DNA from: Macrostomum lignano | Lineage: Eukaryota | Reading direction: 5' to 3' | DNA: 64,000 nt | NCBI GenBank assembly: GCA_002269645.1 | Contig: NIVC01001150.1 | Coordinates: 68,970-132,969, forward strand | Shown here: one piece after another, positions 52,301 through 63,543 of the stretch | Layout: the number at the start of each line of letters is the position of its first letter | Position numbering within the stretch: position 1 is the stretch's first letter | Position numbers and translations under genes: made by a program | The notes under the pieces: model-generated | Told to the model about the DNA's origin: nothing | Seen by the model: only the letters and a program-made list of their open reading frames with translations | Databases searched by the model: none

Positions 52301-55300
52301 TCTCCCAGTCTGAGATGCCGCTAGAGCTCGGTCTCTCCCAGTCTGAGATGCCGCCAGAGCTCGGTCTCTCCCAGTCTGAGATGCCGCCAGAACTCGGTCT
52401 CTCCCAGTCTGAGATGCCGCCAGAGCTCGGTCTCTCCCAGTCTGAGATGCCGCCAGAGCTCGGTCTCTCCCAGTCTGAGATGCCGCCAGAGCTCGGTCTC
52501 TCCCAGTCTGAGATGCCGCCAGAACTCGGTCTCTCCCAGTCTGAGATGCCGCCAGAGATCGGTCTCTCCCAGTCTGAGATGCCGTCAGAACTCGGTCTCT
52601 CCCAGTCTGAGATGCCGCCAGAACTCGGTCTCTCCCAGTCTGAGATGCCGCCAGAGCTCGGTCTCTCCCAGTCTGAGATGCCGCCAGAACTCGGTCTCTC
52701 CCAGTCTGAGATGCCGCCAGAGATCGGTCTCTCCCAGTCTGAGATGCCGCCAGAGCTCGGTCTCTCCCAGTCTGAGATGCCGCCAGAGCTCGGTCTCTCC
52801 CAGTCTGAGATGCCGCCAGAACTCGGTCTCTCCCAGTCTGAGATGCCGCCAGAGCTCGGTCTCTCCCAGTCTGAGATGCCGCCAGAGCTCGGTCTCTCCC
52901 AGTCTGAGATGCCGCCAGAACTCGGTCTCTCCCAGTCTGAGATGCCGCCAGAACTCGGTCTCTCCCAGTCTGAGATGCCGCCAGAACTCGGTCTCTCCCA
53001 GTCTGAGATGCCGCCAGAGCTCGGTCTCTCCCAGTCTGAGATGCCGCCAGAACTCGGTCTCTCCCAGTCTGAGATGCCGCCAGAGCTCGGTCTCTCCCAG
53101 TCTGAGATGCCGCCAGAGCTCGGTCTCTCCCAGTCTGAGATGCCGCCAGAACTCGGTCTCTCCCAGTCTGAGATGCCGCCAGAACTCGGTCTCTCCCAGT
53201 CTGAGATGCCGCCAGAGATCGGTCTCTCCCAGTCTGAGATGCCGCCAGAGCTCGGTCTCTCCCAGTCTGAGATGCCGCCAGAGCTCGGTCTCTCCCAGTC
53301 TGAGATGCCGCCAGAGCTCGGTTTCTCCCAGTCTGAGATGCCGCCAGAGCTCGGTCTCTCCCAGTCTGAGATGCCGCCAGAACTCGGTCTCTCCCAGTCT
53401 GAGATGCCGCCAGAGCTCGGTCTCTCCCAGTCTGAGATGCCGCCAGAACTCGGTCTCTCCCAGTCTGAGATGCCGCCAGAACTCGGTCTCTCCCAGTCTG
53501 AGATGCCGCCAGAACCCGTTCCCATCGAATCTCTGGGCCAGCAGACCCGGCCAAAAACTACGAGCTGGTGCTGAGTGGCGGCTCGGACAACCACGAGGGC
53601 CGCATCGAGATTCGCCTGTTCAACCAGCGCGGCCTCGTCTGCGATGATGGGCTGAACGCTGCCATGGCCGACGTGATCTGCCAGCAGCTGGGCTACCCCG
53701 GCCACGAGCGCTTCATCTTGAATGCCTGGCAGCAGTTCGGTCGCGGAACCGGCGGCTTCATCCTCAGTGGTGTCCACTGCGGCCCCGGAGCCAAGAACAT
53801 CACGGACTGCGCCCACCGGCCGTGGGGCGACAGCGGCGCCTGCAGCGTCAAGAATGTGGCCGGGCTCATCTGCTTGATAGACAGGCGTGAGTGCTTGTAA
53901 GGCAGGCCAACATACCTGGTTATGGATCTTTCGAGAGGCGCCCTGAAGCAATATTTGCAATATTTCAAGTCAGCTCGTAGCAATCGCAATCTCTGAATTG
54001 ATTTTTCAGCCTGCAGCATGCACGAGGTCCGCTGCGACAGTCGCTGCTTTCCTTTGTCGAAAATGTGCGACGGTGTCCCCGACTGCTCGGACGGCTGGGA
54101 CGAGACCGAGTGCGATATCCTGAGTGAGTACCAGGGGGACTGACGGACATCCTGAGTGAGTGTCAGGGGCTGCAGGGACATCCTGAGTGAATTTCAAGGG
54201 CTGCAAGGACATCCTGAGTGAGTGTCAAGGGCTGCAGGGACATCCTGAGTGAGTGTCAAGGGCTGCAGGGACATCCTGAGTGAATGTCAAGGGCTGCAAG
54301 GACATCCTGAGTGAGTTTCAAAGGCTGCAAGGACATCCTGAGTGAGTGTCAAGGGCTGCAGGGACATCCTGAGTGAGTGGCAGGGGCTGCAGGTACAGGT
54401 GTCCTGAGTGATGAGTGGCAGGGGCTGCAGGTACAGGTGTCCTGAGTGATGAGTGGCAGGGGCTGCAGGTACAGGTGTCCTGAGTGATGAGTGGCAGGGG
54501 CTGCAGGTACAGGTGTCCTGAGTGATGAGTGGCAGGGGCTGCAGGTACAGGTGTCCTGAGTGATGAGTGGCAGGGGCTGCAGGTACAGGTGTCCTGAGTG
54601 ATGAGTGGCAGGGGCTGCAGGTACAGGTGTCCTGAGTGATGAGTGGCAGGGGCTGCAGGTACAGGTGTCCTGAGTGATGAGTGGCAGGGGCTGCAGGTAC
54701 AGGTGTCCTGAGTGATGAGTGGCAGGGGCTGCAGGTACAGGTGTCCTGAGTGATGAGTGGCAGGGGCTGCAGGTACAGGTGTCCTGAGTGATGAGTGGCA
54801 GGGGCTGCAGGTACAGGTGTCCTGAGTGATGAGTGGCAGGGGCTGCAGGTGTCCTGAGTTGCTGCAGGCCTAATTGCACAGCCCGCATTTCCCCCGCGCC
54901 GCAGACGTGACTCTGTCGCACAACAGAACGGCGGGTGTCGTGGAGATCTCCCGCGGCGGCATCCAGGGCGTCGTGTGCGACGATCACTTCTCGGACGAGG
55001 AGGTGAAGGTCGTCTGCCGCCACCTGGGCATCCCAGGCAGGGGGGCGCTGGCACAGCGCGGGCAATTCAGCACTCCAGCTGGCGTGGTGATGTGGCTGCA
55101 GGACATTCGCTGCGAGGGCACCGAGGCCTCGCTGTTCGACTGCAGCCTCAGAGACTGGGGCGAGTCCACCTGCTCGATAGATGAGGCAGTGCAGCTGTTG
55201 TGCGGCCTGCCTGAGGTCACCGACCCGGAAACCACCCAGGCGCCGCAGACGGGTGAGCGTTGCTTAAGTCTGTTACCCGGCTCTGCTTATCTGGGCTTTG

Positions 55301-57266
55301 CCTTTTAGTTTCTTGTGACCGTTTGGAGCTATAGACTTTTCTCGCATCTCAGCTTAAAAGAGTGATAAATTATAAGCATCCTAGAGAAAATAATGCGCAG
55401 TCTTCCTGTTTGCTATCTATCAGCACTTCATCGTACTTAATTCCTACATAGTAAACACCTGCCTTCTTGAGCCTACAAATCCGCTGTGTGCTTTTCATGA
55501 CAGGGCATAACAGATCCTGACAGACCCTAGCAGAACCCTCCAGGCTCGCCTCCCCGCTGTATCTACGAACCACCAGCAGCCTAGCTCGTAGACCCCGGCA
55601 GGCACTGACACACCCTGACAGACATCACCCCTCACACTCGCTGCAGACTACTCAGAGATATGCGGCAAGCGCCTGGCCCCCTACAGCTTCTACCGCATCG
55701 GTGGCGGCCGCAACTCTGGCATCACGGAGGTGCCATGGCAGGTCGCCATCAGGAAGAAGGTGATCCGGCCCGCCGGACTGCGCAAGGACATCAAGCTGCC
55801 CAGCAGCTCTGCCTGGTGCGGCGGCACCATCTTGTCCGATCGCTGGATTCTGTCCGCCGCCCACTGCTTCCCCTACGCCAAGTGAGTGCCGCCTCACCCA
55901 CCAATCTGCACATATCCCACTCCGCACCTAAAAACTCCGCACCACCCAATCGCCCTCAGCATGCCAAAGTCCGCCTTTGTGGTGCGCGCAGGCGACTGGA
56001 ACAACACGGCGCCCGATCAGTACGAGCGCGAGTTCGATGTGGACCTGCTGATCCAGCACGAGCGGTACACGGGCCCGCCGGCCTACGACTTCGACATCAG
56101 CCTGCTGCGCATCAAGCCGGACAGCCGCGGCTACCTGGAGTTCAACGCGGGCGTCCAGCCCGCCTGCCTGCCTCGGCAGAACCAGCCGATGAACTATGAT
56201 CCAACCTCCAAGTGCCTCATCAGCGGCTGGGGATCCAGGGGAGGTAAGTTGTAGGAGGAGAAGAGACGAAGGAAAGATGGCAACAGCTGCTGGATTGAAT
56301 CGGTCCTTGGGAAATCATGCACAGCAAGGACCACCCAATACGAGAACTCAGCAATCCGCAATCAAGTTACACGGTGGGATGTGGCTCGGGTTTCCCAGCG
56401 CTGAACACAAAGCTCGTCCTTGCAGGCTTTGACTATCCGGAGGCCCTGCAGATGGCCGAGGTGCCGCTGATTCGCCGGGAGGTCTGCGACCGCATGTACG
56501 AGTTCGAGAACATCACGGAGCGAATGTTCTGCGCCGGCTACAAAGAGGGCGGCATCGACGCCTGCCAGGGCGACTCTGGCGGCCCGCTGGTCTGCAAAAT
56601 CGTCGACCCCGGACCACCCGCTGAGGCCGGCGGCGCTGCCGCGAAGGGGGACCGCTGAGGAGTGGGGAGGGTGAGTAGGGGGCCGCTGAGGAGTGGGGAG
56701 GGTGAGTAGGGGGCCGCTGAGGAGTGGGGAGGGTGAGTAGGGGGCCGCTGAGGAGTGGGGAGGGTGAGTAGGGGGCCGCTGAGGAGTGGGGAGGGTGAGT
56801 AGGGGGCCGCTGAGGAGTGGGAGGGTGAGTAGGGGGCCGCTGAGGAGTGGGGAGGGTGAGTCAGCAGCCTGACAACCCCTGCAAGCACCTGAATAACTTT
56901 ACTATAACTATGAAGGCAGGTTAACGTTGCACTCGCAGCCTTGGAGGTCGAATACTGCTCAAATCACGAAAGTGTATAATATCTAATATATAGCCGTGGA
57001 GCCAGTATCCCCGCTTCATCGAAAATACGAGTATTTTAAAAGCTTAGCAGTACCGAATTTTGACTTGAAAAACATGAGAAAAATATAATTCTGCGAGTAC
57101 CAGCCCCTCCCTAAGGCACTCCTGAATGCCACCCACAGCTCGGCACACCGTGGTGGGCATCACCTCCTTCGGCAACGGATGCGCCGAGCCCAACTCGCCG
57201 GGAGTGTACACCCACGTGCCGTACTTCAGGAACTGGATTGACAAGACCATCGCGGACAACTCGTGA
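37365..57266 (+). CDS. Secreted mosaic trypsin-like serine protease (Tequila/neurotrypsin-like): SP-SRCR-CTL-Kringle-LDLa-LDLa-PAN-LDLa-SRCR-LDLa-SRCR-trypsin; 19 exons, ~1253 aa
   Basis: Exons 37365-37467, 37715-38039, 38881-39068, 39673-39846, 47654-48008, 48839-49135, 49727-49809, 49894-49936, 50020-50111, 50640-50749, 50828-50999, 51902-52024, 53545-53886, 54010-54123, 54905-55252, 55647-55881, 55960-56243, 56426-56670, 57139-57266. All introns are GT-AG with matching phases; exon 18 needs one extra G in the run 56646-56650. Catalytic motifs SAAHC, DFDISLL and GDSGGP, with Asp189 in IDACQG. Confidence 0.9.
37715..39068 (+). other. Protease exons 2-3: propeptide with RSRR site and SRCR domain 1
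   Basis: [17 protein letters not shown]...VCHQLGFEL|[12 protein letters not shown]...VQC...LFDC...C...GIEC. Confidence 0.85.
38064..38820. repeat. Two adjacent 15-bp arrays (GGGTGAGATTCGATA)n and (GGGTGAGAGTAGATR)n in protease intron 2
   Basis: ~50 units, each carrying a donor-like GGTGAG, starting ~24 nt after the true donor at 38040. Confidence 0.95.
39110..39490. repeat. CT-rich low-complexity repeat in protease intron 3
   Basis: Imperfect CTCTCTCCCTTCCTT-type units. Confidence 0.9.
39870..47536. repeat. 20-bp satellite (TTGAGTCAGATGATTGCTGA)n, ~380 copies, filling protease intron 4
   Basis: 7.6-kb array with variants CGGA, GGCAG and GTCGC; rare-variant blocks repeat at ~2.3 kb offset. 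Confidence 0.98.
48017..48806. repeat. 18-bp (GATGAGGATCCCCGCTTT)n then 21-bp (CACACAGATCTCAGGCTACAG)n arrays filling protease intron 5
   Basis: The first array starts 8 nt after the donor at 48009; the second ends ~30 nt before the acceptor at 48838. Confidence 0.95.
49134..49693 (+). repeat. 14-bp array (GTGTGAGTGAGGCT)n, ~40 copies, each a copy of the intron-6 donor
   Basis: True junction CCGT|GTGAGTGAGG; copies read CTGT|GTGAGTGAGG. Confidence 0.96.
50112..50255 (+). repeat. 15-bp array (TGAGTCTGTGCTGAC)n starting at the intron-9 donor, ~9 copies
   Basis: The first unit is the donor GTGAGTCTGTG; later units read CTGAGT. Confidence 0.92.
51088..51790. repeat. 32-bp minisatellite in protease intron 11, ~22 copies
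   Basis: Unit GATCTCAGKCAGTGACAGTTTATTGTTAGCTG. Confidence 0.95.
52052..53516. repeat. 33-bp minisatellite in protease intron 12, ~44 copies
   Basis: Unit GCCGCCAGARCTCGGTCTCTCCCAGTCTGAGAT, containing acceptor-like TCTCTCCCAG; explains the 507-673 aa ORFs. Confidence 0.97.
54115..54860 (+). repeat. Donor-containing ~31-bp array grading into a 38-bp array in protease intron 14
   Basis: Eight copies of ATCCTGA|GTGA(G/A)T after the true junction at 54123/54124, then (GTGTCCTGAGTGATGAGTGGCAGGGGCTGCAGGTACAG)n. Confidence 0.93.
55647..57266 (+). other. Protease exons 16-19: trypsin-like catalytic domain
   Basis: CGKR..R|IGGG activation site, [86 protein letters not shown]. Confidence 0.93.
56646..56862 (+). 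repeat. 31-bp array duplicating the end of exon 18 plus its donor, 7 copies
   Basis: GGGGCCGCTGAGGAGTGGGGAGG|GTGAGTA with GT at 56671, 56702, 56733, 56764, 56795, 56825 and 56856. Confidence 0.93.
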
Positions 57267-57805
57267 ACCAGCCGAACCCAGCTGCCGTTCAGCGATTGGA
57301 TTGGATGAAGTTGATGCACATTGTACTGCACATTATACCTTTTAGGCTAGTCTGTACTCATATGTGTTCTCATTAGCTTGATAGAACTCCGCTTTTTCAA
57401 TTGGGGAAACGCCAAGCAAGGAAGACTCAAGCAGGCAGATGGGATGCTTAGTTTCTTTAGAAAACTTTTGAAGGCTGAAAGCTGACCGAGATGGGAAAGT
57501 CCAACACAAAAATACCGAGTTTCTTGTTGAAATCGGATAAAAACTTTTAACATGACCTGCCTGTCTGTATTTTGCACTGAAATGTCTGGCAATGAATTGA
57601 ATTTTTACATATCTGAAAACAAACGGGCATTGAAATGCATATTGAAGACATGCAGAACTTGCTTTAGAAGGAACCAAAATAAAAGATCATGCCGTGATAT
57701 TTTAAGAGTTCATTTGGTTTAGGGCATGTCTGGAATTCACACAAATTCTTTACATGCATATGCAAGTCAGGTTTAAAGATGAGCATTTGAAGTTGATCTG
57801 ATTTC

Positions 57806-57811
57806 AATAAA
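57806..57811 (+). terminator. Candidate polyadenylation signal of the protease gene
   Basis: AATAAA 540 nt after the stop. Confidence 0.4.
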
Positions 57812-58207
57812 AAACTATACTTGTTTTCGTGTTAAAAGCTTGTAAAAAGCTGGAAACTTGCTAATCTTAATGCATAAATGCATTTTGATATGTTTGAATT
57901 GCAGTTCAAGATAACTTGGGAAATTTCTTGTCTGCATTGCGCTATCTATGCGAAGAAAAATTGAATCCGGAATTCTCTTAGTTAACTGGAGAAGAAAAAT
58001 GCACTTGGCTTGGCAGTTCTACCATTGACGTCAGTTTAACACTGGATTGCCCAGCAAAGCATGTACGAGAATGCCGCGCTTCATACTACTACTTAATAGC
58101 GGCTTGATGTGTGCATGAATTCGCATCAATTCAAATACAAACTCTGAATCAGCTCGATGTCATTCGGCTGCTGGCTTCTGGAATAGAGACTGAAATTGTG
58201 CCCGTGC

Positions 58208-61200
58208 CTCTGACTGGTCACTGGGTTTGGTCACAGTGTTTGCATTCAGATTGGTCACAGCGTTTGCATTCAGATTGGTCACAGCGTTTGCATTCAGATT
58301 GGTCACAGCGTTTGCATTCAGATTGGTCACAGCGTTTGCATTCAGATTGGTCACAGGGTTTGGTCACGTTTGCATTCAGAGTCATTGGTCACAGTGTTTG
58401 TTTGCATTCAGATTGTCACTGGGTTTGGTCACAGTGTTTGCATTCAGATCGGTCACTGGGTTTGGTCACAGTGTTTGCATTCAGATTGGTCACTGGGTTT
58501 GGTCACAGTGTTTGCATTCAGATTGGTCACTGGGTTTGGTCACAGTGTTTGCATTCAGATTGGTCACTGGGTTTGGTCACAGTGTTTGCATTCAGATTGG
58601 TCACTGGGTTTGGTCACAGTGTTTGCATTCAGATTGGTCACTGGGTTTGGTCACAGTGTTTGCATTCAGATTGGTCACTGGGTTTGGTCACAGTGTTTGC
58701 ATTCAGATTGGTCACTGGGTTTGGTCACAGTGTTTGCATTCAGATTGGTCACTGGGTTTGGTCACAGTGTTTGCATTCAGATTGGTCACTGGGTTTGGTC
58801 ACAGTGTTTGCATTCAGATTGGTCACTGGGTTTGGTCACAGTGTTTGCATTCAGATTGGTCACTGGGTTTGGTCACAGTGTTTGCATTCAGATTGGTCAC
58901 TGGGTTTGGTCACAGTGTTTGCATTCAGATTGGTCACTGGGTTTGGTCACAGTGTTTGCATTCAGATTGGTCACTGGGTTTGGTCACAGTGTTTGCATTC
59001 AGATTGGTCACTGGGTTTGGTCACAGTGTTTGCATTCAGATTGGTCACTGGGTTTGGTCACAGTGTTTGCATTCAGATTGGTCACTGGGTTTGGTCACAG
59101 TGTTTGCATTCAGATTGGTCACTGGGTTTGGTCACAGTGTTTGCATTCAGATTGGTCACTGGGTTTGGTCACAGTGTTTGCATTCAGATTGGTCACTGGG
59201 TTTGGTCACAGTGTTTGCATTCAGATTGGTCACTGGGTTTGGTCACAGTGTTTGCATTCAGATTGGTCACTGGGTTTGGTCACAGTGTTTGCATTCAGAT
59301 TGGTCACTGGGTTTGGTCACAGTGTTTGCATTCAGATTGGTCACTGGGTTTGGTCACAGTGTTTGCATTCAGATTGGTCACTGGGTTTGGTCACAGTGTT
59401 TGCATTCAGATTGGTCACTGGGTTTGGTCACAGTGTTTGCATTCAGATTGTCACTGGGTTTGGTCACAGTGTTTGCATTCAGATTGGTCACTGGGTTTGG
59501 TCACAGTGTTTGCATTCATATCGGTCACTGGGTTTGGTCACAGTGTTTGCATTCAGATTGGTCACTGGGTTTGGTCACAGTGTTTGCATTCATATGGTCA
59601 CTGGGTTTGGTCACAGTGTTTGCATTCATTGGTCACTGGGTTTGGTCACAGTGTTTGCATTCAGATTGGTCACTGGGTTTGGTCACAGTGTTTGCATTCA
59701 TATCGGTCACTGGGTTTGGTCACAGTGTTTGCATTCAGATTGGTCACTGGGTTTGGTCACAGTGTTTGCATTCATTCGGTCACTGGGTTTGGTCACAGTG
59801 TTTGCATTCAGATTGGTCACAGTGTTTGCATTCAGATTTGTCACTGGGTTTGCATTCAGATTGGTCACTGGGTTTGCATTCAGATTGGTCACTGGGTTTG
59901 CATTCAGATTGGTCACTGGGTTTGCATTCAGATTGGTCACTGGGTTTGCATTCAGATTGGTCACTGGTTTGCATTCAGATTGGTCACTGGGTTTGCATTC
60001 AGATTGGTCACTGGTTTGCATTCAGATTGGTCACAGTGTTTGCATTCAGATTGGTCACAGGTTTGCATTCAGATTGGTCACTGGTTTGCATTCAGATTGG
60101 TCACTGGTTTGCATTCAGATTGGTCACTGGTTTGCATTCAGATTGGTCACAGTGTTTGCATTCAGATTGGTCACAGTGTTTGCATTCAGATTTGTCACTG
60201 GTTTGCATTCAGATTGGTCACTGGTTTGCATTCAGATTGGTCACTGGGTTTGCATTCAGATTGGTACAGTGTTTGCATTCAGATTGGTCACTGGGTTTGG
60301 TCACAGTGTTTGCATTCAGATTGGTCACTGGGTTTGGTCACAGTGCTTGCATTCAGATTGGTCACTGGGTTTGGTCACAGTGTTTGCATTCAGATGGTCA
60401 CTGGGTTTGGTCACAGTGTTTGCATTCAGATTGGTCACTGGGTTTGGTCACAGTGTTTGCATTCAGATTGGTCACTGGGTTTGGTCACAGTGTTTGCATT
60501 CAGATTGGTCACTGGGTTTGGTCACAGTGTTTGCATTCAGATGGTCACTGGGTTTGGTCACAGTGTTTGCATTCAGATTGGTCACTGGGTTTGGTCACAG
60601 TGTTTGCATTCAGATGGTCACTGGGTTTGGTCACAGTGTTTGCATTCAGATTGGTCACTGGGTTTGGTCACAGTGTTTGCATTCAGATTGGTCACTGGGT
60701 TTGGTCACAGTGTTTGCATTCAGATTGGTCACTGGGTTTGGTCACAGTGTTTGCATTCAGATCGGTCACTGGGTTTGGTCACAGTGTTTGCATTCAGATT
60801 GGTCACTGGGTTTGGTCACATTGTTTGCATTCAGATCGGTCACTGGGTTTGGTCACAGTGTTTGCATTCAGATCGGTCACTGGGTTTGGTCACAGTGTTT
60901 GCATTCAGATTGGTCACTGGGTTTGGTCACAGTGTTTGCATTCAGATTGGTCACTGGTTTGGTCACAGTGTTTGCATTCAGATCGGTCACTGGGTTTGGT
61001 CACAGTGTTTGCATTCAGATTGGTCACTGGGTTTGGTCACAGTGTTTGCATTCAGATTGGTCACTGGGTTTGGTCACAGTGTTTGCATTCAGATCGGTCA
61101 CTGGGTTTGGTCACAGTGTTTGCATTCAGATTGGTCACTGGGTTTGGTCACAGTGTTTGTACTCAGATTGGTCACAGTGTTTGCATTCAGATCGGTCACT

Positions 61201-61621
61201 GGGTTTGGTCACAGTGTTTGCATTCAGATTGGTCACTGGCCGGGGTTTGGTCACAGTGTTTGCATTCAGATTGGTCACTGGGTTTGGTCACAGTGTTTGC
61301 ATTCAGATCGGTCACTGGGTTTGGTCACAGTGTTTGCATTCAGATCGGTCACTGGGTTTGGTCACAGTGTTTGCATTCAGATTGGTCACTGGGTTTGGTC
61401 ACAGTGTTTGCATTCAGATCGGTCACTGGGTTTGGTCACAGTGTTTGCATTCAGATTGGTCACTGGGTTTGGTCACAGTGTTTGCATTCAGATTTGTCAC
61501 TGGGTTTGGTCACAGTGTTTGCATTCAGATTGGTCACTGGGTTTGGTCACAGTGTTTGCATTCAGATTGGTCACTGGGTTTGGTCACAGTGTTTGCATTC
61601 AGATTGGTCACTGGGTTTGGC
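58208..61621. repeat. 37-bp satellite (GCATTCAGATTGGTCACTGGGTTTGGTCACAGTGTTT)n with 22-24-bp sub-units, 3.4 kb
   Basis: Direct tandem repeat; explains three >1100-aa ORFs. Confidence 0.98.
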
Positions 61622-61872
61622 CAATCGACCGATTCAGTTTCCAGGCCTTCACCAATGCAGGGTAAGCGAGAGAGTTGCTGTAAGCCTCATATCCACCAGC
61701 ACGCAATATGGAGGCTAAAAGTTGAAAAAATGAGAAGATGGAGGACAAACGCCTGCTGATTTCGATGCTAAACTGCAGCAGAAAGAAATTTATTGTGAAA
61801 GAACGGCGCCGCAAAAATCAAAGTGAATTTCTTCAAAAATTGGAACTTTTTGATCTGACAAGCTACATGCTA

Positions 61873-62032
61873 CACTGCGGACCGCTGCGGGAATCAGTGG
61901 GGAATTGCTGATAGCACTGGCGGACCGCTGCGGGGAATCAGTGGGGAATTGCTGATAGCACTAGCGGACCGCTGCGGGGAATCAGTGGGGAATTGCTGAT
62001 AGCACTGGCGGACCGCTGCGGGGAATCAGTGT
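61873..62032. repeat. ~44-bp minisatellite, ~4 copies
   Basis: Unit GCGGACCGCTGCGGGGAATCAGTGGGGAATTGCTGATAGCACTG. Confidence 0.85.
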
Positions 62033-62163
62033 GGAATCGCAAATGCGGCACACCAAGGCATCAGTAACAATTAGATGAGCAGCAGCAGATCGGCCTGCAG
62101 CTCAGGCACTGCGGAAAAGATTTCTCTCGCTAGAAATGATCGAGCTCTCAGTCCAAGGGGCGG

Positions 62164-62572
62164 CAGGCGCTGCCAGCTACTGAATCAAATTGTTTGCAAA
62201 AGGTCATCTGTCTGCAACTCAGAGGCGCTGCCAGCTACTGAATCAAATTGTTTGCAAAAGGTCATCTGTCTGCAACTCAGAGGCGCTGCCAGCTACTGAA
62301 TCAAATTGTTTGCAAAAGGTCATCTGTCTGCAACTCAGAGGCGCTGCCAGCTACTGAATCAAATTGTTTGCAAAAGGTCATCTGTCTGCAACTCAGAGGC
62401 GCTGCCAGCTACTGAATCAAATTGTTTGCAAAAGGTCATCTGTCTGCAACTCAGAGGCGCTGCCAGCTACTGAATCAAATTGTTTGCAAAAGGTCATCTG
62501 TCTGCAACTCAGAGGCGCTGCAGCTACTGAATCAAATTGTTTGCAAAAGGTCATCTGTCTGCAACTCAGAGG
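62164..62572. repeat. 58-bp minisatellite, ~7 copies, whose unit contains the GST C-terminal codons and stop
   Basis: The minus-strand unit reads TCTGAGTTGCAGACAGATGACCTTTTGCAAACAATTTGA ([12 protein letters not shown]). Confidence 0.9.
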
Positions 62573-63543
62573 ACCGCCGGGCCAGCTCAGATGCGGGGTG
62601 CGGGGCCGCCACCGGAGCCGTGTCCAACTGCCTGGAGTTGTAGGGTCCCGCACCATGTAGAGAATCCGGTGAGCCTCTTCAAAGTGCGGCGCCAGGTCAG
62701 CCTTGACGCGGCCCATCCAGGCCAGCAGGCGCGGGTGCGACTCGGCGCTGTAGCTGAAGCCGCAGGCGGTTTGGCTGCTCGAGCTCGCAGGCCGCCAGCA
62801 GATCGGCGATGCTAATCCGGTCCGCCGCCAGGTACGGCGTGTCTCGGAGGAAAAAATTCTCAGGTGGTCGAGCGTGCCAGCCAGCTCCTGTGAGAGGTGG
62901 TGGATCGAATTAATTGGCGGCGATTCAATTCTAAGAAGGCAACACGCCTGAGGTGAGATGCCAGAAAGTCGATACCTGGGGTGATTTTTAGAAAACCTGA
63001 GCTAAGATTTCAAAAAGCGACACCAGATGTAGGATTTCTAAGAAGTGTCACGAAAAGCAACACCTTCCCCGGGGTTAGATTTCTAGAAAGGGACACTGAG
63101 GTGAGATTGTAAGAACCCGATGTGGGATTTCTATGAAAGCGACACCTAAGGTGAGATTTAGGAAAGTGATGACACTCGCGTGAGAGTATATGAAAAAGAC
63201 ACCTTGGGTGAGATTCTAGGACGCTGGCAAAATAAGATCTCACCTGCCGATAGAAGTCAGCCGCTGCTGGTCCAAGGTTGGCCAGTGGCGCGAGGCCGGA
63301 TGACGAGATCTGGAACAGCAGCGCGGCATTCAGCCGGGTGTTGAGATGCTGCCAATCCAGATACTGGTCAATGCGAGCCCTGGCCTGCAGATCCTTTGGG
63401 TACCAGTGGTCTGGACAGGGGAAGCGGCGACACAGATAGCGCAGGATGGCAGCGCTCTCAGACAGGCAGAAGCCGCTGTCGCTCGATGGCTGGGACTCGC
63501 TGGAAATGGTTCACCTGACGAAATTCGTCAGTCAGGTGTGCAC
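62532..63543 (-). CDS. GSTT: Theta-class glutathione S-transferase, last two exons (63543-63244, 62887-62532); 5' exon outside the window; several 1-nt indels (assembly errors or pseudogene)
   Basis: Reconstructed [69 protein letters not shown]...FYRQ|[39 protein letters not shown]...[23 protein letters not shown] matches GST theta motifs. Splice sites TGCAG/GTGAGA/CACAG. Confidence 0.85.

Noticed and set aside
51939-53960. 507-673 aa ORFs
   Set aside because: 33-bp intronic repeat; the true exons are 51902-52024 and 53545-53886.
55370-55573. GIY-YIG-like GVYYVG string on the minus strand
   Set aside because: Too short, wrong spacing, intronic, and no associated RT.
58111-61759. Three ORFs over 1100 aa
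   Set aside because: A 37-bp unit lacking stops in all three + frames; satellite DNA.
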